Both the position numbers and the translations under genes were made by a program. Shown here piece after piece: positions 1 to 13,009 of a stretch of DNA of 64,000 bases (its first letter is position 1; every line of letters begins with the position of its first letter). The notes under the pieces were generated by a model. That model did not search any database and was not told the DNA's origin. It was given only the letters and a program-made list of their open reading frames with translations. This DNA comes from Octopus vulgaris (Eukaryota), in NCBI GenBank assembly GCA_951406725.2, contig OX597832.1, positions 39,184,001 through 39,248,000 on the forward strand, in the 5' to 3' direction.

Positions 1-694
1 TATATATAAACATATATATATATATATATAGTGGGGTGTTCTTTGTATGTAGTTGTGATGTGTATTTACAAGAGTGTTTGTATGTATGTGTTTGTATGTA
101 TATGCGTGCGAGCTTGTTTTGATATGTTTGGTTTTGTGAATGCGAGCGTATGTGTATGTTAATACGTGTCAGCGTGTGTGTGTGTGTGTGTGTTTCTCTA
201 TATATGTGCATATCTGCCGTAATTTTCAAATGCGAAACATGGAGAACCATTAAATGCCTGTCAACTAAATCAAAGTTTTTCTTTGAAATATTATTCTGCT
301 TTATTAAAGGTGTTGAGGTGATGTGACTGGTAAATAATTTGACATATATAACTAGACAGATATCGTTTGTGCCTCTACATAAAGAATCTTTATAATTCTT
401 TTGGAGAGTTTCCTCAACTTCGAGGAATTTTCAGTTTGTATTTTTTTAATGAAAATAACTGAGATTGTTTTGGAGAATTGGTGCGATCGATAAAATATAG
501 TACCTGTCAAGAACTGTGTATTTTCAAAATCCGTATTCACCTCCTTAGTAATAGATGTCATTTTGTGACTAAATAGAACACCGTTATTTAACAAAAGAAA
601 ATGGTGATTAACAGGATGGAAAAAATAATCTGGAGCGTATTAATTCCAACTGAGATCGACTTTGCATGTTGCTTTCATGGTTCTATTAAAATGT

Positions 695-1311
695 GAATTT
701 GAACTCAGAACGTAGCGGCAGACGAAATACCTATTTCTTTACTACCCACAAGGGACTAAACACAGAGGGCAAACAAGGACAGACAAACGGGTTAAATCGA
801 TTATATCGACACCAGTGCGTAACTGGTACTTAATTTAATCGACCCCTATTAAAATGTGAATTTGAACTCAGAACGTAGCGGCAGACGAAATACCTATTTC
901 TTTACTACCCACAAGGGGCTAAACATAGAGAGGACAAACAAGGAAAGACAAACGGATTAAGTCGATTATATCGACCCCAGTGCGTAACTGGTACTTATTT
1001 AATCGACCTCGAAAGGATGAAAGGCAAAGTCGACCTCGGCGGAATTTGAACTCAGAACGTAGCGGCAGACGAAATACCTATTTATTTATTACCCACAATG
1101 GGCTAAACATAGAGAGGACAAACAAGGACAGACAAACGGATTAAGTCGATTATATCGACCCCAGTGCGTAACTGGTACTTATTTAATCGACCCCGAAATG
1201 ATGAAAGGCAAAGTCGACCTCGGGGGAATTTGAACTCGGAACGTAACGACAGACGAAATACCGCAAAGCATTTCGCCCGGCGCGCTAACGATTCTGCCAG
1301 TTCGCCGCCTT
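695..1311 (-). mobile_element. tRNA-derived SINE family A, head-to-tail tandem array (one full copy plus 5'-truncated units)
   Basis: Minus strand starts AGGCGGCGAACTGGCAGAATCGTTAG (A-box-like), then GAGTTCAAATTCC (B-box), then GCCTTTCATCCTTTCGGGGTCGAT...AAGTACCAG, which from memory resembles the Meta-SINE central domain. Unit junctions at 1078/1079, 894/895 and 731/732. Confidence 0.85.
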
Positions 1312-1420
1312 AATGAATCAACATAAGGAACTATGGCTTCCATATCACCAAATATTTTGCTTATCGATAGCAAATCATACAATGCGTTTTTATTATTATT
1401 ATTATATTGAAGAAGAGTAA

Positions 1421-1870
1421 GACTGCGAGCTGGCAGAATCGTTAGCATATCGGACAAAATGATTAGCGGCGGTATTTCTTTCGTCTTTACACCACTCTGA
1501 GTTCAAAAGCAACCGCAGTCGACTTTGTTTTTAATTCTTTCGGTTCGATAAAATAAGTACCAGTTAAACACTGGGGTGGATGTAATCGACTTACCATTTC
1601 CTTCGAAATTGCTGGTGATGTGCCAAAATATGAAACCATTATATTTAAGAACAGTGGGCCGGTTGAATCGTTAGCGTGCTGGTTAAAACGTTTAGTGGTA
1701 TGTTCTCTGTTACTTTATGTCCTGAATTCAAAATCTGTTGATATCCACTTTGCCGTTCATCCTTTCGAAAGTCGATAATGTACCAGTCAAGTAATGAATC
1801 GATATAATCGAATTCAACAAACTCTCCAACCCCTAAAATTGCTGGCCGTGTACCAAGATTCAAAACAGTA
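1421..1870 (+). mobile_element. Two diverged SINE family A copies with the alternative 3' tail (AAATTGCTGG...GTGCCAAAAT)
   Basis: GCGAGCTGGCAGAATCGTTAG head at ~1425 and GAATCGTTAGCG at ~1665; both carry the TTCATCCTTTCG/AAGTACCAG-type core. Confidence 0.75.
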
Positions 1871-2497
1871 ATATTGTAAATAAATATACTCGCAGCATCT
1901 CGCATACCTTCGCTATTTTGACATTTAAGAAACAAAAAACAAAAAGAAATATTATAATATGCCTCTAAAAACAAAATCCATTTTCAAACTATAAATAAAT
2001 GCTTTTAAGACCATTTTTCCGTTTTATTCTCCCTTGAAATAGTTACTTTGACGTAGCTTAATAAAAAGAGCTAATATGTTTTGTTTCTCAAATAAATTCC
2101 ATTCTAAAACTACCGTTTTTCCCTAAAATAGTTATTCCGATGTACCATGATAAAAAAAAGTAAATGCTACCATATGTTTTTCGAATAAACTCACTTTTAA
2201 ATTTGTGAATAAATGTTTTTAAACAGATTTACATATTTTCCTCTATTTCAAACTTTCCAAGTTTTCGTTTTTTTAAGCTTCAGTCTTTTTGCGTTCAGGC
2301 TTACGATACAAACTAGATAAAACGTACTATTGAAATCACGTTTGAATTTATTTGTACGTTGCCTCGCTATTACATTTGTGGTATTATATCCAGCTTTGTT
2401 TGAATTTTTCGCTGCAGTACAGAGACGTTTTCTGCAGAATGTTAGATCAAATGAAGTTGCTAGTCTTTTCTTCAACCCAACAATATTTCTTTGAGAA

Positions 2498-2705
2498 TAG
2501 CACGCCGGGCGAAATGCCTAGCTGTGTTTCGTCTGCCGTTACGTTCCGAGTTCAAATTCCGCTGAGGTCGACTTTACCTTTCATTCTTTCGGGGTCGATT
2601 AAATAAGTACCTGTAAATCACTGGGTCGATATAATCGACTTAATCCCTTTGTCTGTCCTTGTTTGTCCCCTCTATGTTTAGCCGTCTGTGGGCAATAAAG
2701 AAATA
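2498..2705 (+). mobile_element. 5'-truncated SINE family A with 16-bp target-site duplication
   Basis: AATATTTCTTTGAGAA at 2482-2497 and 2706-2721 flanks a copy highly similar to the reverse complement of 1079-1290. Confidence 0.9.
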
Positions 2706-2934
2706 AATATTTCTTTGAGAAGACAAGTTTTGAGTGATCTTCTCACGATCTTCTCACCAATTCTGAAAGAAATCGACTTGAACATTCTTACTTATATTTT
2801 ATTGCCCCCGGAGGTGTGAACGGCAAAAACGGTCACTGCGGAATTTGAACTTAAAACGCAAGGAGCGGAACATATTTGTACAAGAAATTTGAAGAACCTT
2901 TAACGGCTCTCTAAATGAGCGACTTCATTACGTC

Positions 2935-3070
2935 TGGCTTAGAAAGTTGTGTGGTCAAAAGCTCGACTTGCAACCATGTGGATTCTGGTTCAGTCCCACT
3001 GCATGACACCTTGAGAAGGTGTGTTCTGGACGAAATTGATAGATGGAAACTGTATGGAAACCCGTCGTAT

Positions 3071-3131
<61 letters not shown>

Positions 3132-3300
3132 AGTGTGTGTGTGTGCGTGTGTGTGTATGTGTGTGTGTGTGTTCCCCTATCAGTCAACATCTGATACTGG
3201 CCAGTCTACATTCATGTAACTTAGGGATTCAATAAAAAAGACCGATAGGCTAATTAACAGACTTAAATTAAAATAAATGTTGGAGTGAATTTGTAAGACT
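2935..3300 (+). mobile_element. Old SINE family B copy with internal (AGAT)n/(GT)n
   Basis: GGTTCAGTCCCACTGC B-box region, GATGGAAACTG..CCCGTCG, then microsatellite, then decayed 3' half (GTAACTTAG..GACCGATAG). Confidence 0.65.
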
Positions 3301-3444
3301 AATCATAGCTGATTATTTGATGGAGAAATTGTAAAGTACCACAAATAGCTGTGCATTCAAATACATTGTGTTCGATTCTAGTTTCAAATCACAGCCTTCT
3401 TCGTCATAGATCCGTCTAATGTTCTTAAAATAAAGATCAGGATC

Positions 3445-3660
3445 ACTGGTGTTATTTAACACAGGTCATCTGCAGTCGAACAGAGCTAGGCTATTTAACA
3501 ACCTGTTGGTAACAATCCTGTCATTTTTATTGATATGTAGAACTGCAATATCTTATGTTCACTTTTTCTTATTAAGACAGTGGAGTATGTGTTTGAGGGG
3601 CTATTAGCTGCTATTTGTAGCATGTCCATCGAGGACTACATGCTCTTTCGTTTTGCTCGT
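3445..3660 (-). mobile_element. Interspersed repeat family F (short retroposon-like; core CTGCTAGAAATAGCAGCCAAAT, (AAC)n tail)
   Basis: The same core recurs on either strand near 6360, 7665, 9655, 11445, 24545, 26675, 31600, 32270 and 53685. This copy is inverted relative to 32240-32465. Confidence 0.55.
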
Positions 3661-4640
3661 TCGTTCTTTTTGTGACCATCACTACCTCCATCTCCACGTC
3701 TGTTTCTGACAGACGTTGGCACATCTCTCACTGGCGTCAGCTAGTCTTGTCGAAGTATCGTATTCGTTTCACGAAAGACCGTAATTCTTTTCGCGTCGTT
3801 TTCGTGTGATTTCCACTGAAAAATCTGACGTCTAATGGAATTTTAATATTAAACCAGACAAATATTTTTCCAAATATTATATGACATTTTTGACAACTTC
3901 AGAAAAAAAATCGTTATATTTGGTGAAGATCTCTTCTCAACATTAAGTCCCTGCTGTATGTAACTAGCCGAAGTGTTTGCATAAATTTCCTCATATAACG
4001 CTTCACTTGACAATAAATTTAAAATGAGATCTCTTTTACTTTTCCTTTCCGTCTTTTAGTTCTACGTCTATTATTCTTCTTTTCGTTCAGTCGTGTTTTC
4101 TTTTCCTTTCTCTTCTCCAATTTTTTTTCCTCTTCCATTCTGTCTCTCCGCTGTTATAAATGCTATAAAACTGCTATAAAACAAATGAGATTCTCTCTTA
4201 AATCAAAGTAGAAACGGTTTCATATATTACTTCGCCGGCTGAGTTTATTCGGTAAACTAACTGGCTTATAGACTTGTGACGCGATCGTATTTTTGCAAGA
4301 CTTTACATCGGGTTTCAGGACAAGGCATTTAATTCTAACTGCCCCAAATCATCACAAAAGTGTTGTAAGAAAAGTTAGCATAGTTAAACTTGTGTCGTAA
4401 ATGTGTTCTTTACGCAACAGTAACACGAATTAAGTGTAACTCGTAAAACTGCTAATATGATCGTATTCAAATTTTCTCAATGTTTTCCAATCGCTGAGCG
4501 TTCATAATTTACTAAATAGCATTTCTCTGTGTTCTTTGACAAAATATTGTTTGCATTTTTTTCCTTCTGAAGCTTAGTTAACTAAAAAAAAACAATAGAA
4601 TGTTGCTATCCAATGTCTTTTCAGCTTTTAATTGTTCTGC

Positions 4641-4810
4641 CTTTTCTCTTGTTGACTGAGGCCATGCTGGAGTACCATCTTGAAGGGTTTTGGTCGAACA
4701 AATCGACTCCAGTACCTATATTTACTTTTTAAATCTGTTACATATTCTATCGTCTCTCTTGTTTTACAGCTATGATACGGGGACGTAACCATACCAACAC
4801 TGACTGTCAA
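4641..4810 (-). mobile_element. SINE family B 3' half
   Basis: GACTGAGGCCATGCTGGAGTACC...AAATCGAC...ATTCTATCG...CGGGGACGTAA matches the reverse complement of the 30850-31030 tail. Confidence 0.75.
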
Positions 4811-5299
4811 CACACACGCACGTGCGCACACAAACATACACACATACACACACGTATGCATGTACGTATGCGTTTATATATATACAGTTCAAATTTACAG
4901 AAAACAAAGGACGAAGAAATGCGCTCAAGATATAGTGTTGGTTTGGCTCAGAAAGCAAACTAAAGATGATATTGCTGCCAGATCCGGTTCCTCGTAAAGT
5001 CTTGAATGGTCAAATTTCTTTTGATGACGTAGATTATATTCTAGCGAATCGCGGTCATCTTCAGGAGTTATTTCTTTGAAACGGATATCGTAATCCGGGT
5101 TTGATTGCAAAATATTCACGCTGCATTACACAGCAAGCCTTTCTTCCTATCAGTCACCTATTCTTAATAACTCATACCTTATTTTACCTCCTATAAAACC
5201 CACCTCTCACAATCCACACCTCTACTTATATACATAAAGTTGAACGATAATGAAGAAGATAACCCTAGAAAGGCCATTAATGCAACAGAATCCTTGGAC

Positions 5300-5697
5300 A
5301 GGGAGTCAGTAAACAGATAACAATAAACAAAAACAACAACAACAAAAACAAATTACATGAACGTATATAAGCAGAAGATACAAATATTACAGGCATCCCC
5401 CACACACACACACACACTAAATAAACATAGACGCACATAGAGATATAAGCATGCGCAAAAGAAGACATACAATAGAAATACAAAATGGCTGACGGTTAGT
5501 AAGGAGAGACACAAATAAGAAAGAAGAAAACAAAGGACCACTGATGCGGTCACAGGAGTGTGACGAAATAACTCTGGCTGAAATAAGATTAAGATTAATG
5601 TAAAAAAATAAATAACACTGAAGCAAAGTAACACCAAATATATAGTGCATGTGTTTTTATTGGCTAAACTGGCAAAATGACCATTCCGAAATATAGT

Positions 5698-5700
<3 letters not shown>
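5300..5700 (+). mobile_element. (TA)n-tailed repeat (putative PLE 3' end/pLTR) with a decayed hammerhead-like motif at 5536-5579
   Basis: About 230 bp are shared with 45996-46225 and the 3' end is shared with 44870-44916. Contains CCA-CTGATGC-GGTCAC(AGGAGT)GTGAC-GAAA-TAACTC-TGG and abuts (TA)n at 5700. Confidence 0.6.
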
Positions 5701-5776
<76 letters not shown>

Positions 5777-6610
5777 TATATATATATAGTTTTTATCTAC
5801 ATTCTGTCTACCGCTTTGAAACTATTTACTTCATTTCCATTCTTACGGGTCGTTTACAACTCTACTAAACCCCTTTTTTGTCCGAAAAGTTTAACTTTTC
5901 CACACTAACCAAATCACCAATTTCTACATTGCTCTTTATGTGGTTAATGGTTTTTGTCTCTTGCTCATAAGCTCAAATGAAAACCGATTATATACATTTT
6001 TTTATTTTGATCTCGAAAATGTCAGGCTAGGCTGAGATTCGTTTTTGTGAGAGCAACTTTGCGCCATTTTTACATCCCTCACGGAACTTTGTGGAACAGG
6101 CCAATAATTGAATCTCAAGACATCTATAGATGATGGAAATACGAAGAATAAACCGATCAATATAACAAATGTTAATCTGTCTGGCAAAGATAATTGGATT
6201 AACTTAATATCATTTAAGACTCTCTCTAAGACCCAGGATCTAGGTAGCTAATATATATGATATAGAATATTATTTGGTACAATATAATTATTCGTATGAA
6301 TAAAGAATTAGACTACTATGCCATGAATAATGGCACAAAGTGGGAGTCTCTAAATGGTCACTCGACAAGCTAGAGATGGCAGTCAATTTTCTTTAAAGTT
6401 ACATTATTGTCTTTTGTTTTTTTTTTTTTTGTGTGTTTTTTTAGAAGAAACAAGAAATGACATTTTGAAAATATAATCCGAGATAATCTCTTTGTCTCTC
6501 TGTTTCGCTCTATTTCTCTATCTCGCTATCTCTCTGTATATATATATATGTGTGTTAGTGTGTGTGTGTAGTGTGTGTGTATGCAAATAGAGAGAGATAC
6601 AGAAAGTGAT

Positions 6611-6646
<36 letters not shown>

Positions 6647-7719
6647 TTATAAATATATACACATATACTTAAATATATACACATATATATGTATATATAA
6701 TATATATATATGTATGTATGTATTTTTATGTACACATTCACACACACACATATACACAAAAATGCCATGGTTAGAAAATTTTTGGTCATTTGTTTTAATC
6801 AGGTCTGAGACATGGAATAAAACAACAGCAGCAATCAGAAACCAATAAAGAGTTTCCTTTACAGAACAGATCACATTATTCTCCAACAACTTTCTGTGAG
6901 GAATTGCTGTTTATTTAAGACTGACCAAAATCACAACCAGACTACAATTTTTCGACATTACTGCAGCCAACTGCACCGTCATCCAATAAGGCCTGTGACA
7001 CATTTTATCCACGATCGAAGTAGATCCTATTCAGAGAAAAGCTGAAATCAAAGCTACTGCCAACATTGAAATAAAAAGAAATTTAAGACTTCATGAATTA
7101 GTAGCAATGTGCTGGCATTAACTTCATTGTAAGACAACGGAAGGACAATGGATTGCGCAATCGTTGACTAATACTTCTCTATTTCATCACACGGTAGATG
7201 TAAATGTTCCAGTCATTAGAGACGCAGAGATAGTAACTAAGTGCTAAATTACGTTCCTTTATATTTTTATACTGTGATGGTGGATGGCAGAGCTGAAAGA
7301 TAGGCAGAAAAAGTATTTTACAATACCGAATAATGTCTCTTTAAATTCTTACTTCAAAATGGTGATTTTACTGTACGTTCTCCCAGTGTCGTTAAAATAT
7401 GCACAAGTCATTTCCTGGGATCGACGCCACTGATTTTATCCCTGTCCACGCTAATAAGTAAATCTGTTCTCGTATAAAGTAGTGAGGGTATATATCAGCA
7501 ACAAGTAGTCGAAAGAAAATGGTTGTGGTACGTTGAATGGGGGGAAAATATTTTTGACATTTCCTTATTTTGAACTTCAACAGTGAAGATCCTTTTTAAG
7601 AGTTACTAAAACATATCCAGTGTATCCTCCTTTGTTTGAATTGGCAGATTTAAATCTAAATTGAATATAGCTGCTATTTCTTGCAACGGATGTTTATATA
7701 AACACGGGTAAACAAAAAC

Positions 7720-8010
7720 AATAGCTATTAAACAAGAACATAACAAAATTTCCCAGTCGGTGGAGAACCACCCCAGGGTAAATAGGGAAGTCCATAGATT
7801 CAGGGTCATCCCAACCGCCAAGGGCACCACTAGTAGGTGTCCTTCTTCTATCTGTTCTTTTCTGCAAGTACTTGATTAGAGTAGGCTCCCTCACTCTGGC
7901 TATCCTCACCACATTCACGCATTTTTCAATAAATTTATTGGAGGGCAGCATCTCCCTATTCCCCTTACTTTCCAACTGCCTTCGTTCCCCTTTTTTCAAG
8001 AGCTTGCGCC
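7720..8010 (-). mobile_element. Probable 3' end of a Tx1/L1-like non-LTR retrotransposon
   Basis: Minus frame reads ...REMLPSNKFIEKCVNVVRIARVREPTLIKYL, resembling from memory Tx1-type ORF2 C-termini, followed by a GC-richer UTR-like stretch. Not verified by search. Confidence 0.35.
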
Positions 8011-8562
8011 CACGCTCTGACAACAAAATTTTTCTGCTTCGCGCTGAGGAATTGGTCAAGGGTCAATCTTACTGCCTTCATGTCAGTAGCAAGTCCCCAC
8101 AATATTTTTCCTTAGTGCTCCTGCTAAATGCCACGAAAACAACAACAAAATAAACACCAGCTACTAGAACTCGGGGTAGTATTCAACGTGTGACTAAAAC
8201 TATTCCTTCGCAAATTTATGATTCAGTGTCAATGGAACAGAAATTACGTAATCATCCCCGTTGCCTTACAGCCGTTTCTACTATAAGAAGCAGTACAATC
8301 AGAGATGAGAACTTGTGTAACATCTTGTAGCTTCCTCGGAGCCATTAAAGCGAAGTTTATGTTTCTTTCAGAATGCAATTAAAATAAATGTTTAGCTTCT
8401 TACAGCATTAATTGCAGCAGCTAATGTAGTTGATGACGTAAATCCTGCTTACTTGTCATTTAATAATTAATCTTATTCTTTGTACTAGTATAACACTGTA
8501 TTCTAAAGTATATGTATTGAGTCCTGACAAAAGATTTTGCTATCACTAAATCACAATAAATA

Positions 8563-9062
8563 TATGTATGTACGTATTATGTATGTGTGTATGTATGTAT
8601 GTATGTATGTATGTATGAATGTGTGTATGTGTGTATGTGTGTATGTATGTATGTATGTATGTATGTATGAATGTGTATGTATGTATGTATGTATGTATGT
8701 ATGTGTGTATGTATGTATGTATGTATGTATGTGTGTGTATGTATGTACGTATGTATGTATGTATGTATGTATGTATGTATGTATGTATGTATGTATGCAT
8801 GTATGTATTTATGTATGTATGTATGTATGTATGTATGTATGTATGTATGTGTGTGTGTATGTATGTATGTATGTGTGTGTGTATGTATGTATGTATGTAT
8901 GTATGTATGTATGTATGTATGTATGAATGTGTGTACGTATGTATGTATGTATGTATGTATGTATGTGTGTATGTATGCATGTATGTATGTATGAATGTGT
9001 GTATGTTTGTATGTATGTATGTATGTATGTATGTATGTGTATGTATATTTGTGTGTGTATGC
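8563..9062. repeat. Imperfect (ATGT)n microsatellite, ~500 bp
   Basis: Seen directly; it produces the MYVC/HTYI pseudo-ORFs. Confidence 0.98.
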
Positions 9063-10134
9063 ACGGAGAAGGAAAAAAAGAAAAAAATTGACATCGACAC
9101 TCAAACTTTATTTCTCGATCCTGAAAGGTTGCAACGCAAAATTTACCTCGGCGGAATTTGAACGCAGAAGTTTGATATTGCGCAATAGGTAACTGAAGGC
9201 TAATAAGAATAAGGGTAACGAGAAAATATAGATGCTGTTATTGAACTTGTGTAAAGGGTAACACTGATTTTCCTTGTTTTTATCCAGGTCTTCTTGAATA
9301 GGCTGCAGAGATGATGAAATGTATGTCAGCAATGCCCAAGTGGTCTTATATAAAAATTTAGTGTATCTAAAACATCATTAAATACAGTATTAATTTCATA
9401 ATCGTCAGATCGTGGGTTCAATTCTCAGAACGAGAGGTGCATTGTGACCTTCAGCAAGTACACATAACCGATACTGTGTACCAATTCTGCTCAGGGCAGG
9501 ATTAAACCTGACAGAGAGACTGGTGACCCCTTCAGGGTTGCGAAGCTTGTATTATGTGTCGTCGCCAAAGCATCTTAAAAGTCTGAATAAACTCTGGTCT
9601 CGTGAATCTGGAAACTCGAAACAGACATCGAAGTTGTTATTTGAGTGTGATTGCCAGTTATTTCTAGCAGGACGCACCGCCAAATAATGGACCCTTCCGT
9701 CGTCTCCTGGTTGTTTCATTCTTACTCTGAAACTAAGTAGCAACATAAATGATATCAAGGGAAGGTCACTGTCTTGCCATCGACTTCTGTTATCTTTGCT
9801 TGGCTTGTTTGTTTCAATTTTATTTATTTCTAATTTTAGGATATGTATTTGTAATTTCATTTTGATTCTCTCACAAAATCTAATTTAATCAGCAAAATAT
9901 TAATTTGATAATTAATACTTCGCCAAACAAAAATTTAAATAAAAGACAGCTCTTCCTGTTATATCTTTCTCTGAAGTCTATAGGGAGAGTCCACAACTAG
10001 GGACTGTTATGTTGCTGATTTATTATACGTGTGTCTGGAATTACGTATGTATGTATATCTATCTATTACCTATCTTACTCTGTATACAGATATATTTATA
10101 TATGTGTGTGTGTAAGTATAGACTTGTGCCTGTG

Positions 10135-10174
<40 letters not shown>

Positions 10175-10493
10175 GTGTTCTACCCATGAGCAAGGCACTT
10201 CACTTCACTCTGCTCGAGATAACTCAGTTCAAGATGTGTACAAACCTAGTACCTGTACACCACTCACACTCACTCCCCTTCTCTCTCTTTCTGTCTATCT
10301 GTCTCTTTCTTTCTTTCTCTCTCTCTCTCTCTCTCACTCTCTTTCACCTTCATCCTTTTTCTCCTTCCCTTGTTGTCACATCCTCGTTGTTCAACGGGGT
10401 GCAAGGAGCTCAAGACGATATAGGCACCTCAAATAATTAGCAAAAGTGTCGTACGAGCCAACGAGCGTACTCACTTGCGAATCACCACTAAAC

Positions 10494-11062
10494 ATGTATG
10501 TATGTATGTATGTATGTATGTATGTATGTATGTGTGTATGTATGTATGTATGTATGTGTGTATGTATGTATGTATGTATGTATGTATGTATGTATGTGTG
10601 TATGTATGTATGTATGTATGTATGTATGAATGTGTGTATGTATGTATGTATGTATGTATGTATGTATGTATGCATGTATGTATGTGTGTATGTATGTATG
10701 TATGTATGTATGTATGTATGTATGTATGTATGTATGTATGTGTGTATGTATGTATGTGTGAATGTGTGTATGTATGTATGTATGTATGTATGTATGTATG
10801 TATGTATGCATGTGTGTATGCATGTATGTATGTATGTATGTATATATGAATGTATGTATGTATGTATGCATGTATGTATGTATATATGTATGTATGTGTG
10901 TATGTATGTGTGTATGTATGTATGTGTGAATGTGTGTATGTATGTATGTATGTATGTATGTATGTATGTATGCATGTATGTATGCATGTATGTATGCATG
11001 TATGTATGTATGTATGTATAAATATGTATGTATAAGTATGTATGTGTGTATGATTGTATGTA
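10494..11062. repeat. Imperfect (ATGT)n microsatellite abutting a SINE B 5' half (11063-11160, minus)
   Basis: Seen directly. Followed by TACGACAGGTTTCCGTTTACCAAA...GAAGACATTTGCCCAAG. Confidence 0.95.
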
Positions 11063-11894
11063 TACGACAGGTTTCCGTTTACCAAACCCAATTACAAGGC
11101 TTTGGTCGGTCCGCAGCTTTAATAGAAGACATTTGCCCAAGATGGCGCACAGTCAAACTGATTATGATTCTTAAGAAAGCTAGCAAGTCCTCCCTTTCTA
11201 CGACGCCAATTTTTAACCACGGGAAAACTCGTCCACTTTGGGGGATACAACTTCGCATCAGTATCGTCGCAAATGTTTCCATCAGAATGTAAAGAGCAGA
11301 GAAGATACAATGGGGGGATATCTTGCCCGAATTTAGAGGAGAGAGAGTAGAGAACAAATATCATGAGCTATTCTCTCTAGTTCTCTAACGTTTCCGTCAA
11401 TTCACCGCTTTTTATATAAGTCTACTGGATGCGGTTTACGAGAGATTTGGTCGCTATTTCTAGCACGGATAGAGCCTACTATTTGTCTCAGGTGTTCCTA
11501 AATGGAGGATGTATAATTAAGAAATAACCTCTTTTGACAAGGATGCATAAATGATGTTTCCATTTCTGTCATTTCAAGCAAATTAAATATTCCCGAAGAA
11601 AGATGTTCTTGAAAGCATTCGACCTTTCAGTTGATTGTGCATGTTCTATTTTTATCTTTGTCGCTTCTCAATAATTAAATGTTTTAAAGAAAGAATTGAA
11701 ACGTAACTTTAGAAAAGTGATGTGAAGAAAAGGCAAAAAGGATAAAAGAAAAAACAGACCCTCTTCGTATAATGTGAAGAGTTTTTGCAGAAACGTAACT
11801 TCTCGTAAAGATAAGTGATGTGTTTCACAAACATATACACACACACACAAACGCATATGTCTGTACATATTTATATACACACAAAAACACAATC

Positions 11895-11943
<49 letters not shown>

Positions 11944-12014
11944 TGTATGTATGTATGCATGTATGCATATATGTGTGAATAACAGTACATTTAAGTATGG
12001 ATATAGGTATATAC

Positions 12015-12077
<63 letters not shown>

Positions 12078-12093
12078 CGTGTGTGTACGTGTG

Positions 12094-12125
<32 letters not shown>

Positions 12126-12519
12126 TGTATGTATGTATGTATGTATGTATTCGATTGCATATTTAATGCGTATGTGAATATGCATAAAATCCGGAATTGG
12201 CAGAGTTGTTAGAACACGGGATACAGCATGTTGCGAAGCGTGTTGCGATCCGCAATTTTCGCGGTTCAAATCTCACTCGGACCAATGCTGCTTTTTATCA
12301 TTTAGAAGAAGAATAAACTACGAATTGTGGGTATTGAATTGAAGGAATCGTTAGCACATCCTACAGATGTGTCGGTTCTAAGTTCAAGTCTTTATTATCG
12401 TGAATATAAACGCTGACATTCCTGCTAAAATTCTGGCTAATCTTTTATCAACAGCAATTACAGATAAACAGTAGTTCAATTGGAAGATCGTCGCCAATCA
12501 TCCAATCAGACTACTACCT

Positions 12520-12604
<85 letters not shown>

Positions 12605-12711
12605 TATCATGCTGAACCGTTCAAATCTACAAGTCTTTTCATTCTCTCTCTGTCATATATATTTTTTTTTCCATGGGCGCATGTAAGTATTTCATTTATT
12701 TCTTATCGCAT

Positions 12712-12770
12712 TTTCTACTGACGAGGAAAAAATCTATGAGATTAATTCAGAAATTGATTCAATATAGAAA
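12712..12770 (+). ncRNA. Type I hammerhead ribozyme fold inside a ~410-bp cassette (12602-13010) bounded by (TA)n
   Basis: Stem I TTTCTA/TAGAAA; core CTGACGA (12718-12724); stem II GAA..AATCT-atg-AGATT..TTC; GAAA (12750-12753); stem III ATTGA-T-TCAAT; cleavage triplet AUA, cut predicted after 12764. The closing 10.1-11.1 pair is a G.A mismatch. Confidence 0.7.
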
Positions 12771-13009
12771 TAACGAACTTTTTCTTTTTAAATTCTGTTG
12801 ACTAGCTTCCCGATTTCAGCACAATGTATTTCTGTAGTGGGTATATGATATGTGGAAACTGACGATTTAAAAGTCTGTTATCAGCACATTGGCATAGAAA
12901 TAATTTTCTTTTGCCCTTGTTTATAATTTTAACCATTAAAGGTATTTTAATATGCTGCCACTTTTTGATGAAATTTTTTCTGTAAAAAAAATGTCATCCT
13001 ATATTAGTA

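Noticed and set aside
352-594. 80-aa minus-strand ORF, faintly like a hAT C-terminus
   Set aside because: No diagnostic motif; similarity is too weak to support.
1970-2230. Faint ~90-bp degenerate periodicity (GAAATAGTTA / AAAATAGTTA)
   Set aside because: Too diverged and AT-rich to define units by eye.
4925-5119. 64-aa minus-strand ORF with protein-like composition; also CTGAAGA-TGAC...GTCA as a possible hammerhead
   Set aside because: No recognisable domain or convincing splice sites; GAAA is mis-spaced and stems I and III do not form.
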